A DNA stretch of 63,906 nucleotides, the filler included, from Octopus bimaculoides (taxonomy: Eukaryota): assembly GCF_001194135.2 (NCBI RefSeq). It is 8 parts of 7 records of this genome, joined end to end, with 100 filler letters (N's around TTAATTAATTAA, not from the genome) between each part and the next. Parts side by side here need not be neighbours in the genome. Positions count along the whole stretch, not along the records: positions 49,552 to 57,659 come from NC_068999.1; positions 57,760 to 61,633 come from NC_068990.1; positions 61,734 to 63,906 come from NW_026367992.1; 5 more parts are not named here. One strand, given 5' to 3'. The position numbers and the translations under genes are program-made. Shown here in pieces: positions 51,712-63,906 of the stretch; the first letter of the stretch is position 1; every line of letters starts with the position of its first letter. The notes beneath the pieces were generated by a model. That model searched no databases and was not told the origin of the DNA. It worked only from the letters and a program-made list of their open reading frames with translations.

Positions 51712-54700
51712 GTAAATGATTATTATTTTCAGACTTATTTTTATCAGAAGCCTTACGGCGTACCTTCGAGATGGGAAATGTATAATGGTTAAGGGTTACA
51801 CGAAATACCGAAACGAAAAGCAAGTAACGTTTACTTTTGTTTTATACATTCCCATTCTCCGAATATACACCGTAACATCTAATGTAACTAATATTATTTA
51901 CTACGAATTCTTTTAGTTTTTTCCTATTTTCGAATCGGATTGGAACATAAAATTTTGAGATATGAAATGAAAAATTGAATCGAAACAAATTTATGCTGCT
52001 ACAAAGAGAAAAAAAAAAAAGCCTTCATTTCTGTTTCTAATTCCATGTTTAAAGTTGTAATTCCATTCCAATCCGATTTCAGAATACTTTTTTATGCTCA
52101 CTTAGCGAAATTATTTTAGCAACCAGAAGCGGGCAACGCTGCTTGAAAAAAAAAAAAAAAAAAGACATGTTGGCATTAAGTGGAATGCTTTGATAAGTCT
52201 GCCGGATCAGAACTATCTGTAACAACCCGCGACTAGCTCGCTGTCACCCGAAATGCAAGAAATTGTAGACACATTCCTCATGTATGCATACATTTCGTTG
52301 AGAAATATTTTAATTAAGACACAACAGATATATTTATACATAATACATATTACCTGAAAAATATAAGATGGGATGCTCATTAAGACAGGCATGCTGGATT
52401 AGAGCTGACCTGGGATTAAAGGACACTAATAAACGAAAACAGTGAGAAATCCTATGTACTGTCAATCGATCTACGTAAAAAAAAAAAAAAAAACACTCTT
52501 TGCATAACTTTTGTTTTTTAATACCTCATAGAGCATTCCTATAAAATAGAGCCGGAAATCAAATCTCAAAAATTACTGATTGGGAGCGGGGAGAGAAAAA
52601 TCCTCCTTCCCCATTATTTTTTCTTTTTCAGATTCGTAATCTACGATGCTTAAAATGAACAAGGCCAGTGAACTTACGGCTTTTGTTGCACTAGACAGTT
52701 TCCGACTCTATCCTATAGGAATGCCGATCATTGCACTATATCTAGGTTGGTTAGCTCCTGGTTAGCTTTCATTCAGCAGGCCGCTTTGATCAAAGACNNN
52801 NNNNNNNNNNNNNNNNNNNNNNNNNNNNNNNNNNNNNNNNNNNNNNNNNNNNNNNNNNNNNNNNNNNNNNNNNNNNNNNNNNNNNNNNNNNNNNNNNNNN
52901 NNNNNNNNNNNNNNNNNNNNNNNNNNNNNNNNNNNNNNNNNNNNNNNNNNNNNNNNNNNNNNNNNNNNNNNNNNNNNNNNNNNNNNNNNNNNNNNNNNNN
53001 NNNNNNNNNNNNNNNNNNNNNNNNNNNNNNNNNNNNNNNNNNNNNNNNNNNNNNNNNNNNNNNNNNNNNNNNNNNNNNNNNNNNNNNNNNNNNNNNNNNN
53101 NNNNNNNNNNNNNNNNNNNNNNNNNNNNNNNNNNNNNNNNNNNNNNNNNNNNNNNNNNNNNNNNNNNNNNNNNNNNNNNNNNNNNNNNNNNNNNNNNNNN
53201 NNNNNNNNNNNNNNNNNNNNNNNNNNNNNNNNNNNNNNNNNNNNNNNNNNNNNNNNNNNNNNNNNGAAATACGAAGAAAAATACGGAGGTTATGATTCTG
53301 AAAAAAATTGTTTGTAAAATTTCAATTAAAAAAAAAATAACCCCATCCCTTCCTCTCTCGATTCTATGGCCTTCAAGCAGGCTATCCACAGGATGTGCAA
53401 CTACAAATCTTATTGATTTTAATTTTGTTTTTGCATTACTTGAGTCTTGAAATTTTCATTTGGAAGAATAACTATTATCTTCATTTTTATATTGCAATTT
53501 TTGGATTTAGATATATAAGATAATAGCAATTTTTAGATTTAGATAAAAAAATATATAAACTGACAACAACTTTATTTAGATAAGTTTAAAATAATACTTT
53601 CATTTGCTAGATTTGATCTTCCATTTTTATAGCATTCTGCTGTTAGAAACTTGGCTAGTCATTTAATCCAGTGGAACTGGGCAATTGGATAGAGATACTA
53701 AACTGGATGCATTGTAATAGCTACAAAGAGAGCAAGAGAAAGTTTGAAGGTAGTGACAGATTAATATTTTAGGCATGTATTATTTATATCCTATTTTCAG
53801 GTTTCTATGCAACAACTCTAGGGCAATACATGCTTGATTAGTTGTGAAATATATACATGTCAAAATTGATCATCTTCTTCAATAAAATGTTGCTCATTAA
53901 TCTAACAAAGATTTTCTACTAATTTTTGCAGAACCCATTAGGAGTATGATGACTGTAATAAAGCACAACCAGTCATGATTGATGTATTATGGTTGTCATT
54001 TGTAAACACACTCTGAGAAAAGATTGTCTAATTTGTGTTAAACTTTTGCATGTCATTCCTTTAATAAAGAAACAATTTTGATAATAGCGATTTGTTGAGT
54101 TTGCAAAGATAGTAAAATTATCCCCAAGACTGTGACAAAGTTGGGAATTAATTTTTGTGATGTTGAGTCATATGTTACTGTGTAACCATCTGAAGAATTG
54201 TCACTTCAGCTCAGTGAATATAGTTTGTATAAACAGAATAACAAATTTATTCCTTTGTGTTACTCATCTTTATTGCAAAAGTCTAAAGAAAAATATACAC
54301 CATGTTCCAAAATTAATTGAATAATTCTATTACAGAAAATTGTATGTTACATGTGTTGTTCTTTGATTCCAAGTCAACCTGAGTTGTGCAGACTTATGAT
54401 CAAAAGAGTTTGTCACGATGGTGGTTGTGGTATAAGCAATGATAGTGTAGTTTAGCATCTCATTTCTTCTTTGTCAGTCAGCTATTTTACTTTCTCTAAA
54501 TGAAACTTTGCTAAAAAATGGGTACTTCGTGAGGCTATTATATCCTCATCTTTCTCTCTTTCTGCTGACTCTTGATGTGTAATGCTTTGTTGGCCTTAAC
54601 CAGGGTGTGAAGGCATGTGGCCAAATTTTAAAGTTATGTGGCTCATTGTAAGGGATACCCAGTGGCATGTTGTGTCCTTGAGAGCTAACATTGTTCCACT

Positions 54701-54839
54701 CAACTCAACTGGCAAAAATGAGCTGTACCTGTATTTCAAAGGGCCAGCCTTGTTAAGTAGGCTGTTCCAGTGATCAGATCAACCCCCATTGTTGTAACTG
54801 ATGGAGTGCTAGTCGTAACTACAGTACTTTGTTCTGTGG

Positions 54840-55100
54840 AAAAAGACAGTAAGTCATGTTGAATGTCAATGTTTTTCAGTGAAAATCAATCTTTTATGTA
54901 CTTTTCTGTTAGTCTCCAATATCACTGAGTTTCCTTTGACTTTTGTGACTGTCTCTTTTCCATTACTCCAAATATTGCAAGATTCTGATGTTTGATTGGA
55001 TGGAAGAAGCCATCGATTTCATGTTGCAGTTCTTCCAAAAGGATGTAAATCTGCTGGCACTAACTTCTGCTTCAAGCAAGTCTCATTTCACTTTATCAGG
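54840..55100 (-). mobile_element. Very decayed mariner transposase remnant
   Basis: CQQIYILLEE..DGFF, EKRQS and LTVFF motifs in the expected order but in broken frames. Confidence 0.3.
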
Positions 55101-55864
55101 CATGACGTCTGAAGAATCACAGCCTCAGACTTTGCTAGGGTGACAATTCTTCAGGTGTTAATTTTCCAAGTTGAGGTCATAACACTGATACATCACCACC
55201 ATTGCCATCATAACCCCTAACAAAACTGCAGACAACAACAACATTACCACCATTCGCTCCACCTCATTACTATCACAATATCCATCACCATCACCACTTT
55301 GCAAGGGTGACATTATTTGGGTTGGATATTTTAGGTGATGAACCTTGAGTTAGTAACTTATAATTTTTCAAATAGGTTCATGTTTAAGTCAGAGTACATG
55401 ACACATTTCACTGATACGTGACCACTATGACTATTTAATCCCCACAACCACCCCCAGCACTAACAACAACATTACCATCACTACCTAACATTGGTGGAAT
55501 TACTATTACCACAAGCAACATCAGAACTACCATCACAACCACCAATCAAGGGAATTGCTACACAGTTACTAGACTTTGGAGAAATGGCAATCAAATCTTC
55601 CTCACATCACACCCTACCATCTTAAGGATATATTAGAATGTAAGGCCCTGTTATACAGGAAAATGAGATGGTCATGGTAGGAACTCTTTTGATCAAAGGT
55701 TTCCACAATCAGGTTTGGCTTAAGCTAAATAACAACTATAACACATAGAGAATATTTTGTAACATAATTTATATAACTGTTCTAGCCCCAGTTAATCTTT
55801 GAACATGGTGTATATTATTCTTATTTTTTTCTTCAGACTTTTACAATATTTTTAACACGAAGGA

Positions 55865-56200
55865 ATAGATTTATAGTTGTGGCTGTAGGATTGAGATGTT
55901 TGTTTTCCAACCATGTGGTCATGGATTTAGTCCTACTGCTTGGCACTTTCTACTATAGCCCAGGGCTGACGAAAGCTTTGTAAGTGGATTTGGTAGATGG
56001 AACTGTAAGAAGCCCATCACGTGTGTGTATCTTTTTTGTTTCTCCCCACTATTTCATAACTGGTGTTGGCTTATGTCCCTGTAACTTAGTGGTTCAGTAC
56101 CCAATTCAAAAATAAGTATTGGGGTTGATTTGTTTGACTAAACACTTCAAGCTGGTGCCCTAGCATGACTGCAGTCCAATGACTGATACAGGTTACAGGA
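55865..56200 (+). mobile_element. SINE family A, CpG-decayed copy
   Basis: GTGGATTTGGTAGATGGAACTG..AAGAAGCCCATCAC; consensus CpGs replaced by TG/CA. Confidence 0.75.
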
Positions 56201-56869
56201 AAAATATAGAATAAAAGAATATAAATTACATCCACTATGGGCCGGGGTGATGATTTTTTAGAATGCAGCAACACATAATTCTACATAACAAGAATTAATC
56301 CCCAATGTCATTACTGGTTTGATGATAATTTTCTTTTCTTTGCAATTGAATATCAGCTGTTAGTTTTAAATGCAATAAAATTGTTTTTTTTTCTGCTAAA
56401 AGAATGAAATGCATTATGCAAAATTTGATGAGCATTAGCTTTCTCCAGACAGCATGTTGGTTTTCAATCACATAATGCAGCAATTGGTCAGTTACTTCAT
56501 ACTGTTGAGATGTTGCTGATTGGCTAGACATGATGACTTCTATGAAAATGTAGAAAGCAAGAAATAATAGAAAATTTTTGTGTTTTATAGATTAATGTGC
56601 AATTTTTATTGATGGGGTAATCAACTTTGAGTTTTATATATATTTCACAAATAATCAGGTGCAAATGAAATTGTCCTCAACATTGTTGCACAAAACAATA
56701 AAGTTAGAAGTACAGTGTGTTCAGGCTATAAATCTGACAGTTTGCATAAAAGGAAAAGAAAACACAATGTCACATCAAAAAATAAAATTATTTAAAAAAA
56801 ACAAAAAATGTCAACTAGATTATGGCTGGGAGATAACAGTTTACTCAAAGTAACCGCCCTTAGCTTTCA

Positions 56870-57600
56870 CCATGTCCTCAAGATGGCTCTAGAACCTGGC
56901 ATGTGCATTCCTTGCTGTGTCCCTAGGAAAATTTTCAAACACTTCCTTGTTCTTGGCTTTGGTATTGCAGGCAGAATAGTTGGTGTCTTTCTCAACCGTA
57001 TCCAACACATAGTAAGTGTAATCTATGGGATTACAATTGAGGGAATTAGAAAGCCAGAAATTGGGTCTGGTGAAGTTGTAGAAATTTTTTGACAACCACT
57101 TCTGACTCTTTCTGGAGGCATGGCAAAGAGTTAAATCTTGCTGCACGCATGGTCTTCAATCAGAATTTGACCACAGTCTCCAGCAGCTTTACATTATCTG
57201 AATTGAGTCTAAGGTCCTGTTCAAAGATGTGCGGCAGCACGACATCATCTTCACTGGAGACACACTCAAAGACCATCACAGTTTTGGGGAACTTGGTTTT
57301 CATATGTGGACACCACATGGATTGTAGGCAAGCTGTTGTTCTGGGTGTTGTGCAACTAGTCCTGGCAGAAGTTCTTTTCATCTGAGAAGACTCAACAGGG
57401 TGCCTCAGCTTGTTCAGGAGATTCTTTGCTTTTGTCAAGCAGTTTTCCTTGGCCTTGGCTATCAGAATTTGTCCATTGCATCTTTTGTATGAGTGGCTAA
57501 GGTCCTCTTTCAAGGCCAGCTTTGTTGTTGCAACTCCAACACCCATCTCTCTCATCAAAGTCTGGATTCCCTTGCTCAGCTCTTCCATCACCTTGTTCTG
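56870..57600 (-). mobile_element. Tc1/mariner (maT/DD37D-like) transposase pseudogene
   Basis: ORFs 57591-57160 (KTKFPKTVMVFECVSSEDDVVLPHIFEQDLRLNSD..LLETVVK) and 57146-56889 (QQDLTLCHASRKSQKWLSKNF...NSLNCNPIDY...CNTK) cover the catalytic domain; frameshifted. Confidence 0.88.
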
Positions 57601-57614
57601 CTAGTGTGTGTGTA

Positions 57615-57659
<45 letters not shown>

Positions 57660-57759
57660 NNNNNNNNNNNNNNNNNNNNNNNNNNNNNNNNNNNNNNNNN
57701 NNNTTAATTAATTAANNNNNNNNNNNNNNNNNNNNNNNNNNNNNNNNNNNNNNNNNNNN

Positions 57760-57815
<56 letters not shown>

Positions 57816-59077
57816 CCACAAACACACACTCGCCCACACGTGCACGTGCACACTCCTACACAGACACAATCACGCACACGAATTGAAACTTGGAATCTGA
57901 AATTTCGCTCCTGGTGAACGTGATTCAGAATTTATTACAGTTTTGCCCATTATTGTTATGTAGCAATAAATTATACACAGATACATACGCACATACTTAA
58001 ATATATATATATACACACATATACACATACCCATATACATATATGTATGTAAGTTTGTATATGTATATATATATATTTACATGTATGTGTCTGCGTGTGT
58101 GTGTGTAATTGTGAATTAATTGGTAGAAGGAATTGTATATAAGCAGCATTGTAATTGGCAACGCTGCATTTACTTTTGTGCACTGCACGCACTTTTGTAT
58201 TGGCATTTCGGTCTACAATAATGAATTCATGTCTATTAATGGCTCTATACATTGACTCTGCTTGTAAACACAATTTAAAGTTCAACGAATTTATAGCGGT
58301 AATTATTTGTCCGCCATTTTCGATCATCTTTTACATCTAAATATATTATGAGAAAATGATTGCAAACAGCCAACGTGATGTCATCCTTTTACGCTTTCGC
58401 AGTAAGATTCACCGCAAAGTGTATGGCCTATTTTAGACTACAAGGGAGATAGGTTTTTCATTCCTTTATACAGGTAAGGAAATGATTTATCATTACTGGT
58501 TCGTTGAGGCAGCCAATGTGGGTTAAATGTTTTCTAGTAATCCGCTAACATTCTCCTCTAGTACTAAATTCAAAACTAACACCATTGTGATCACCTTTGC
58601 CATTTTCGACAGAATTCATCATAATACTCTAATATATTCATTCAAATCATTATAAAGCCTCACCTAAAATATTGTCCAAGTGCCAAATGGAAAATACATA
58701 AATTTGTCTATATATTCTGAATAATTACAAGGTGGGAGGTCATGTACAATAAATAAGAGATGCATTATGAAAGAAACTCTACTGACTTCATACAAATTAT
58801 CGAGGAAGTCCCTATTTTAACACATGGCGGTTTCAGTACTGTAGCTATCTGAAGTTCTGCTTAATAAATTGCGCTGTAATTTGAAACAGGTTAATAATAA
58901 GCTCCTTTTCAATGAATAATGGTTGGATTCCGTTACGCTTCTGTTTTACACGTGCTCACTAAATGAAAGCTGATCTGGCTGACGCGAAAACAATGAGAGT
59001 TAAAATTTCAGTAAGTATAACCGAATTAGCAACTAAGGCAAAAAGTCATAAAATCAGTGTGTGTGTGTGTGTGTGTG

Positions 59078-59345
59078 TGGCTGTGTGGTAAGAGACTTGC
59101 TTACCAACCACATGTTTCCAGGTTCAGTCACACTACCGACCAAACCCTTGTGAGTGGATTTGGTAGACGGAGGCTGAAAGAAGCCCTTCGTATTCTTTTA
59201 TTCTTTAAATTGTTTCAGTCATTTGACTGCGACGATGCTGGGGCACCGCCTTTAGTCGAGCAAATCGACCCCCATGATTCTTTGTAATCCCAGTACTTAT
59301 TCTATCGGTCTCTTATGCCGAACCGCTATGTTACGGGGATGTAAA
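59078..59345. mobile_element. Adjacent SINE family A pieces in opposite orientation
   Basis: Plus-strand head (~59078-59190) followed by minus-strand tail (~59205-59345) running into a gap. Confidence 0.75.
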
Positions 59346-61394
59346 NNNNNNNNNNNNNNNNNNNNNNNNNNNNNNNNNNNNNNNNNNNNNNNNNNNNNNN
59401 NNNNNNNNNNNNNNNNNNNNNNNNNNNNNNNNNNNNNNNNNNNNNNNNNNNNNNNNNNNNNNNNNNNNNNNNNNNNNNNNNNNNNNNNNNNNNNNNNNNN
59501 NNNNNNNNNNNNNNNNNNNNNNNNNNNNNNNNNNNNNNNNNNNNNNNNNNNNNNNNNNNNNNNNNNNNNNNNNNNNNNNNNNNNNNNNNNNNNNNNNNNN
59601 NNNNNNNNNNNNNNNNNNNNNNNNNNNNNNNNNNNNNNNNNNNNNNNNNNNNNNNNNNNNNNNNNNNNNNNNNNNNNNNNNNNNNNNNNNNNNNNNNNNN
59701 NNNNNNNNNNNNNNNNNNNNNNNNNNNNNNNNNNNNNNNNNNNNNNNNNNNNNNNNNNNNNNNNNNNNNNNNNNNNNNNNNNNNNNNNNNNNNNNNNNNN
59801 NNNNNNNNNNNNNNNNNNNNNNNNNNNNNNNNNNNNNNNNNNNNNNNNNNNNNNNNNNNNNNNNNNNNNNNNNNNNNNNNNNNNNNNNNNNNNNNNNNNN
59901 NNNNNNNNNNNNNNNNNNNNNNNNNNNNNNNNNNNNNNNNNNNNNNNNNNNNNNNNNNNNNNNNNNNNNNNNNNNNNNNNNNNNNNNNNNNNNNNNNNNN
60001 NNNNNNNNNNNNNNNNNNNNNNNNNNNNNNNNNNNNNNNNNNNNNNNNNNNNNNNNNNNNNNNNNNNNNNNNNNNNNNNNNNATATATATATAACGTTGG
60101 AGCTATATCTGAATCAATCTGAACAGAAGACAAGAAACCCCTTGTTTTTCCACCGTGCGTTTGCCTTTAGAATTCGATAGAGAGTGTATATCCAATAATT
60201 CATTGAGATTAACATAATCGATTAATATACGTGAAGCTGGTGCTTATGCTATGACCACACTCTAATGCGTAAAAGGTGCGTAAGAATTACAGATTAATTG
60301 ATTACTGTGGTTTGCAAGCCACTTGAAATTTCTCACTACAATATTTGTATGTTAACCCGTTGTTCTCGCTTATCGTTAGTTTAAGAAAAGATTACAGGAT
60401 AATAACGAAACTCAGCCATTATGATAGACGTAAGAAAGGATAAAAACAGAACTGTGTGGAAGTATATATATATATTGTTAAATTTACAAAAGAAGGAAAA
60501 TATCTCCACTACTCGATTAAAATTCAACAATAGTAGAAGCCGCGAGAATTAGAATTGTTTAAGATGTTTGCTTCTTCTTTATTTTATTTGTTATTTTTTT
60601 TTTTGCTCTTTACCTAGTTCCAATCATTGATGCGCCCCACCTTATTTATTAGTGTGCGTGTGTATGTGTATGCATAGAGAGATGAAAAAAGGGTTAGGTA
60701 GGTAGGCAAATATATGTACGGCTGTTGCATGCATGTATGTACCCACACACATATATACATATTGAGAGAGAGGGGAGAGGGGGAGAGAGAGAGGGGGGGA
60801 GAGAGAGGGGGAGAGAGAGCCAGACAGGGATATATAGAAAGATACTAATGTTTGTTTTTAACTTGTAATAAGAGCAATTTTACATTCAACTGAAAGATCA
60901 CTCAATATGAACGTGTAAAACATCAAATAACACTAATAACAAGTAAAGAAACCTTCTGACCAACTATAACTGACCACCTACTTACATTCTTTTGCGTATT
61001 CTTAAAAGCTCTATACCCTAAAAGCTGATACATCTAGATAAACAAACCTCACTACAAACATTGAAATACTTAACTGGACTCAGAACTTTAACCTTCATGT
61101 TCTCAAAACAAAAGAATAAGTCTACCATACCTCTATCCAAATAAAATCATCAACTAAACCTAGTGATGTAAATGCTGACCAGAAAACCTATTGCATGTTT
61201 GTGAATCCCTAAAATACAACCTTATGACCTGAAGTTGACACACTTAAATACACACAGCTGATTACAAAGTTCTACATGCATGAATAAATTTTGAACAATA
61301 GGAGAACACGAATTTTAATTAATTAACATTTCCAATACACCTCTCCATGGTAACCTACCCTACAACATAATTATCATTCAACAGAAATCAGCCT

Positions 61395-61890
61395 ACTCTT
61401 TTACTCTTTACTCTTTTACTTGTTTCAGTCATTTGACTGCGGCCATGCTGGAGCACCGCCTTTAGTCAAGAAAATCGACCCCAGAACTTATTCTTTGTAA
61501 GCCCAGTACTTATTCTATCGGTCTCTTTTTGCCGAACCGCTAAGTTACGGGGACGTAAACACACCAGCATCGGTTGTCAATCGATGGTGGGGGGACAAAC
61601 ACAGACACACAAGCACACGCACATATATATATANNNNNNNNNNNNNNNNNNNNNNNNNNNNNNNNNNNNNNNNNNNNTTAATTAATTAANNNNNNNNNNN
61701 NNNNNNNNNNNNNNNNNNNNNNNNNNNNNNNNNACCGATGCTGGTGTGTTTACGTCCCCGTAACTTAGCGGTTCGGCAAAAGTGACCGATAGAATAAGTA
61801 CTAGGCTTTCAAAGAATAAGTCCTGGGGTCGATTTGTTCGACTTAAGGCGGTGCTCCAGCATGGCCGCAGTCAAATGACTGAAACAAGTG
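61395..61890. mobile_element. Two SINE family A 3' halves in inverted orientation across a gap
   Basis: Minus copy ~61395-61620, plus copy ~61735-61890. Confidence 0.8.
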
Positions 61891-62068
61891 AAAGGGTATA
61901 TGTATATACACACATACATTCATAAACATGTATGTGTGTATACATACACACAAGCACACGCACATACTTGCTATGAATAACACAGGTAACGTACCCAACG
62001 GGGGTACGTTATAATTATTCCTTGCGTGTTACTTCTTGGCGTTTGTATGAATTATGAATAATTGAAGC

Positions 62069-62394
62069 TGTGACATTACATCCTTCACAATGGAAATACA
62101 GGTTGATGGACCCTCCCTGTCTCATGAAAAATACAGAAAAAAATAAGTAAAAGGAAAACAGAAACATAGGTGATCTGAACATTAGAGCAAGTTTTCTGCT
62201 CCTAGCAGCTGGAAATTTAGACAGTGTCACGTGACAACTTGCTGGGGCAGCCTGCTGGAGCCTAGCAGCAGGTATAAAAAGGGGAATTTGACAAGACAAT
62301 CAGTCGGACGCTGACACTCGTTGATGCTGCATCGAAGAGGCCAGGGAATAGAAGAAAGAAGACATGCACCCAACACCAGAGCTGAAGACACCTC
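62069..62394 (+). mobile_element. Probable LTR (5' part; runs into gap)
   Basis: Starts TGTGACA; TATAAAA at 62273-62279 followed by CAGTC and a GC-richer segment, a layout typical of Ty3/Gypsy or BEL LTRs; no CA end, PBS or TSD visible. Confidence 0.4.
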
Positions 62395-62819
62395 NNNNNN
62401 NNNNNNNNNNNNNNNNNNNNNNNNNNNNNNNNNNNNNNNNNNNNNNNNNNNNNNNNNNNNNNNNNNNNNNNNNNNNNNNNNNNNNNNNNNNNNNNNNNNN
62501 NNNNNNNNNNNNNNNNNNNNNNNNNNNNNNNNNNNNNNNNNNNNNNNNNNNNNNNNNNNNNNNNNNNNNNNNNNNNNNNNNNNNNNNNNNNNNNNNNNNN
62601 NNNNNNNNNNNNNNNNNNNNNNNNNNNNNNNNNNNNNNNNNNNNNNNNNNNNNNNNNNNNNNNNNNNNNNNNNNNNNNNNNNNNNNNNNNNNNNNNNNNN
62701 NNNNNNNNNNNNNNNNNNNNNNNNNNNNNNNNNNNNNNNNNNNNNNNNNNNNGTATGTATGTATGTATGTATGTATGTATGCGTGTCTGTGTCTGTGTCT
62801 GTGTGTGTGTGTGTGTGTG

Positions 62820-63460
62820 TTTGTCCGCCCACCATCGCTTTACAACCGATGTTGGTGTGTTGTGTTTACGTCCCCGTAACTTAACGGTTCGGCAAAAAGA
62901 GACCGATAGCATAAGTGCTAGGCTTACAAAGATTAAGTCCTGGAGTCGATGTGTTCGATTAGAGGCGGTGCTCCAGCATGTCCGCAGTCAAATGACTGAA
63001 ACAAGTAAAAGAATTACACACACGCACCCACACATTGTATGATGTCTGCACATGCGCACTGGTGTATATGATTGTCTTTATAATCGCTCATTCATGTTCA
63101 CGTCCGGTCTGTTACCAGTGGCGACAGACTTGCACTCCCCAATGCGCATGTTTCTTTGATGTACACCTACACGCGTATGCACACAAACACACACAGGTGC
63201 GTTCATGTGTGCGCGTGATAGTGTATTTGTGTGTGTGTGTGTGTGTGTGTATGCACACACGCACACACACATACGCACACATATATATATACGACGGGTT
63301 TCTTTCAGTTTCCGTCTACCAAATCCACTCACAAGGCTCTGGTCGGCGCCAAATCCACTCACAAAGCTATAGTAGAAGACACTTGCGCAAGGTGCCACGC
63401 AGTGGGACTGAACCCAGAATCACGTGGTTGGTAAGCAAGCTACTTAACCACACAGCCACG
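62820..63460. mobile_element. SINE family A 3' half (+, ~62820-63010) and 5' half (-, ~63290-63460)
   Basis: Same head and tail motifs as the other family A copies; short CCAAATCCACTCACAA duplication at ~63320-63365. Confidence 0.85.
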
Positions 63461-63499
63461 GTAGATATAGAAGAGTAATTCCATCATTGATGAACTGTC

Positions 63500-63537
<38 letters not shown>

Positions 63538-63906
63538 GAGAGACAAACAGAAAGAGAGTGAGAGAGAGAAAGAGAGACGGAGAGAGCCAAGCCAAACGGG
63601 TGTAAACTTTGATCATTCAAGCGAGACATTCCATAAATAAGAGTGCACAAAGATTTAAATGGCAGTCGGTGATACGACTATGTCAATATGCCTGTGAACA
63701 TGAACTGTGCATGCGTATATATATATGGGAGAATATACAAAAAATAACAACAGACGAGGACAGGTGGTGTAAATAACAAAAGTATATATTAGTATGACGC
63801 TCGGGAATACGTATATATATATATAAACAATATATGAGTATATGCATATATATATATACACGTATGTATATACGTTCATCTACATGTACATATAGATACA
63901 TAACTG

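Noticed and set aside
53930-54085. Cys/His pattern CKHTL...CLIC as a candidate RNF7 downstream exon
   Set aside because: Does not match the RBX2 RING sequence, and all frames after the nearby acceptor contain stops.
58435-58473. 37-nt phase-1-compatible exon as RNF7 exon 2
   Set aside because: Would give DYKGDRFFIPLY rather than the conserved DACLRCQ; not RBX2.

Overview
Repeat-dense, microsatellite-rich animal DNA with many assembly gaps. The SINE repertoire and repeat content suggest a cephalopod, probably Octopus (inference, not searched). Only one host gene is confidently recognisable: coding exon 1 of RNF7/RBX2 (51555-51711, +). Its remaining exons are not visible in called bases. A second, unidentified spliced transcript probably ends on the minus strand at about 13.1-16.0 kb. 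The rest is mobile DNA: several tRNA-derived SINE families, fragments of RTE, L1/Tx1 and RLE-type non-LTR retrotransposons, Tc1/mariner (including maT/DD37D-type) remnants, MITE/foldback elements, a probable LTR and several Penelope-like element (PLE) remnants. Most interesting: (i) minimal type-I hammerhead-ribozyme motifs in PLE repeats, including an inverted pair at 42.7-43.35 kb and a 346-bp unit with a 76-bp terminal redundancy at 22.8-23.2 kb; (ii) a tRNA-Thr-like sequence enclosed by 20-bp inverted repeats at 26.56-26.67 kb; (iii) an ORF1-only, HAL1-like LINE with a SINE-type 5' head at 1.1-2.7 kb; (iv) a GC-rich island with pseudoknot potential at 29.3-29.5 kb. All calls are by eye; no database searches or folding programs were run.
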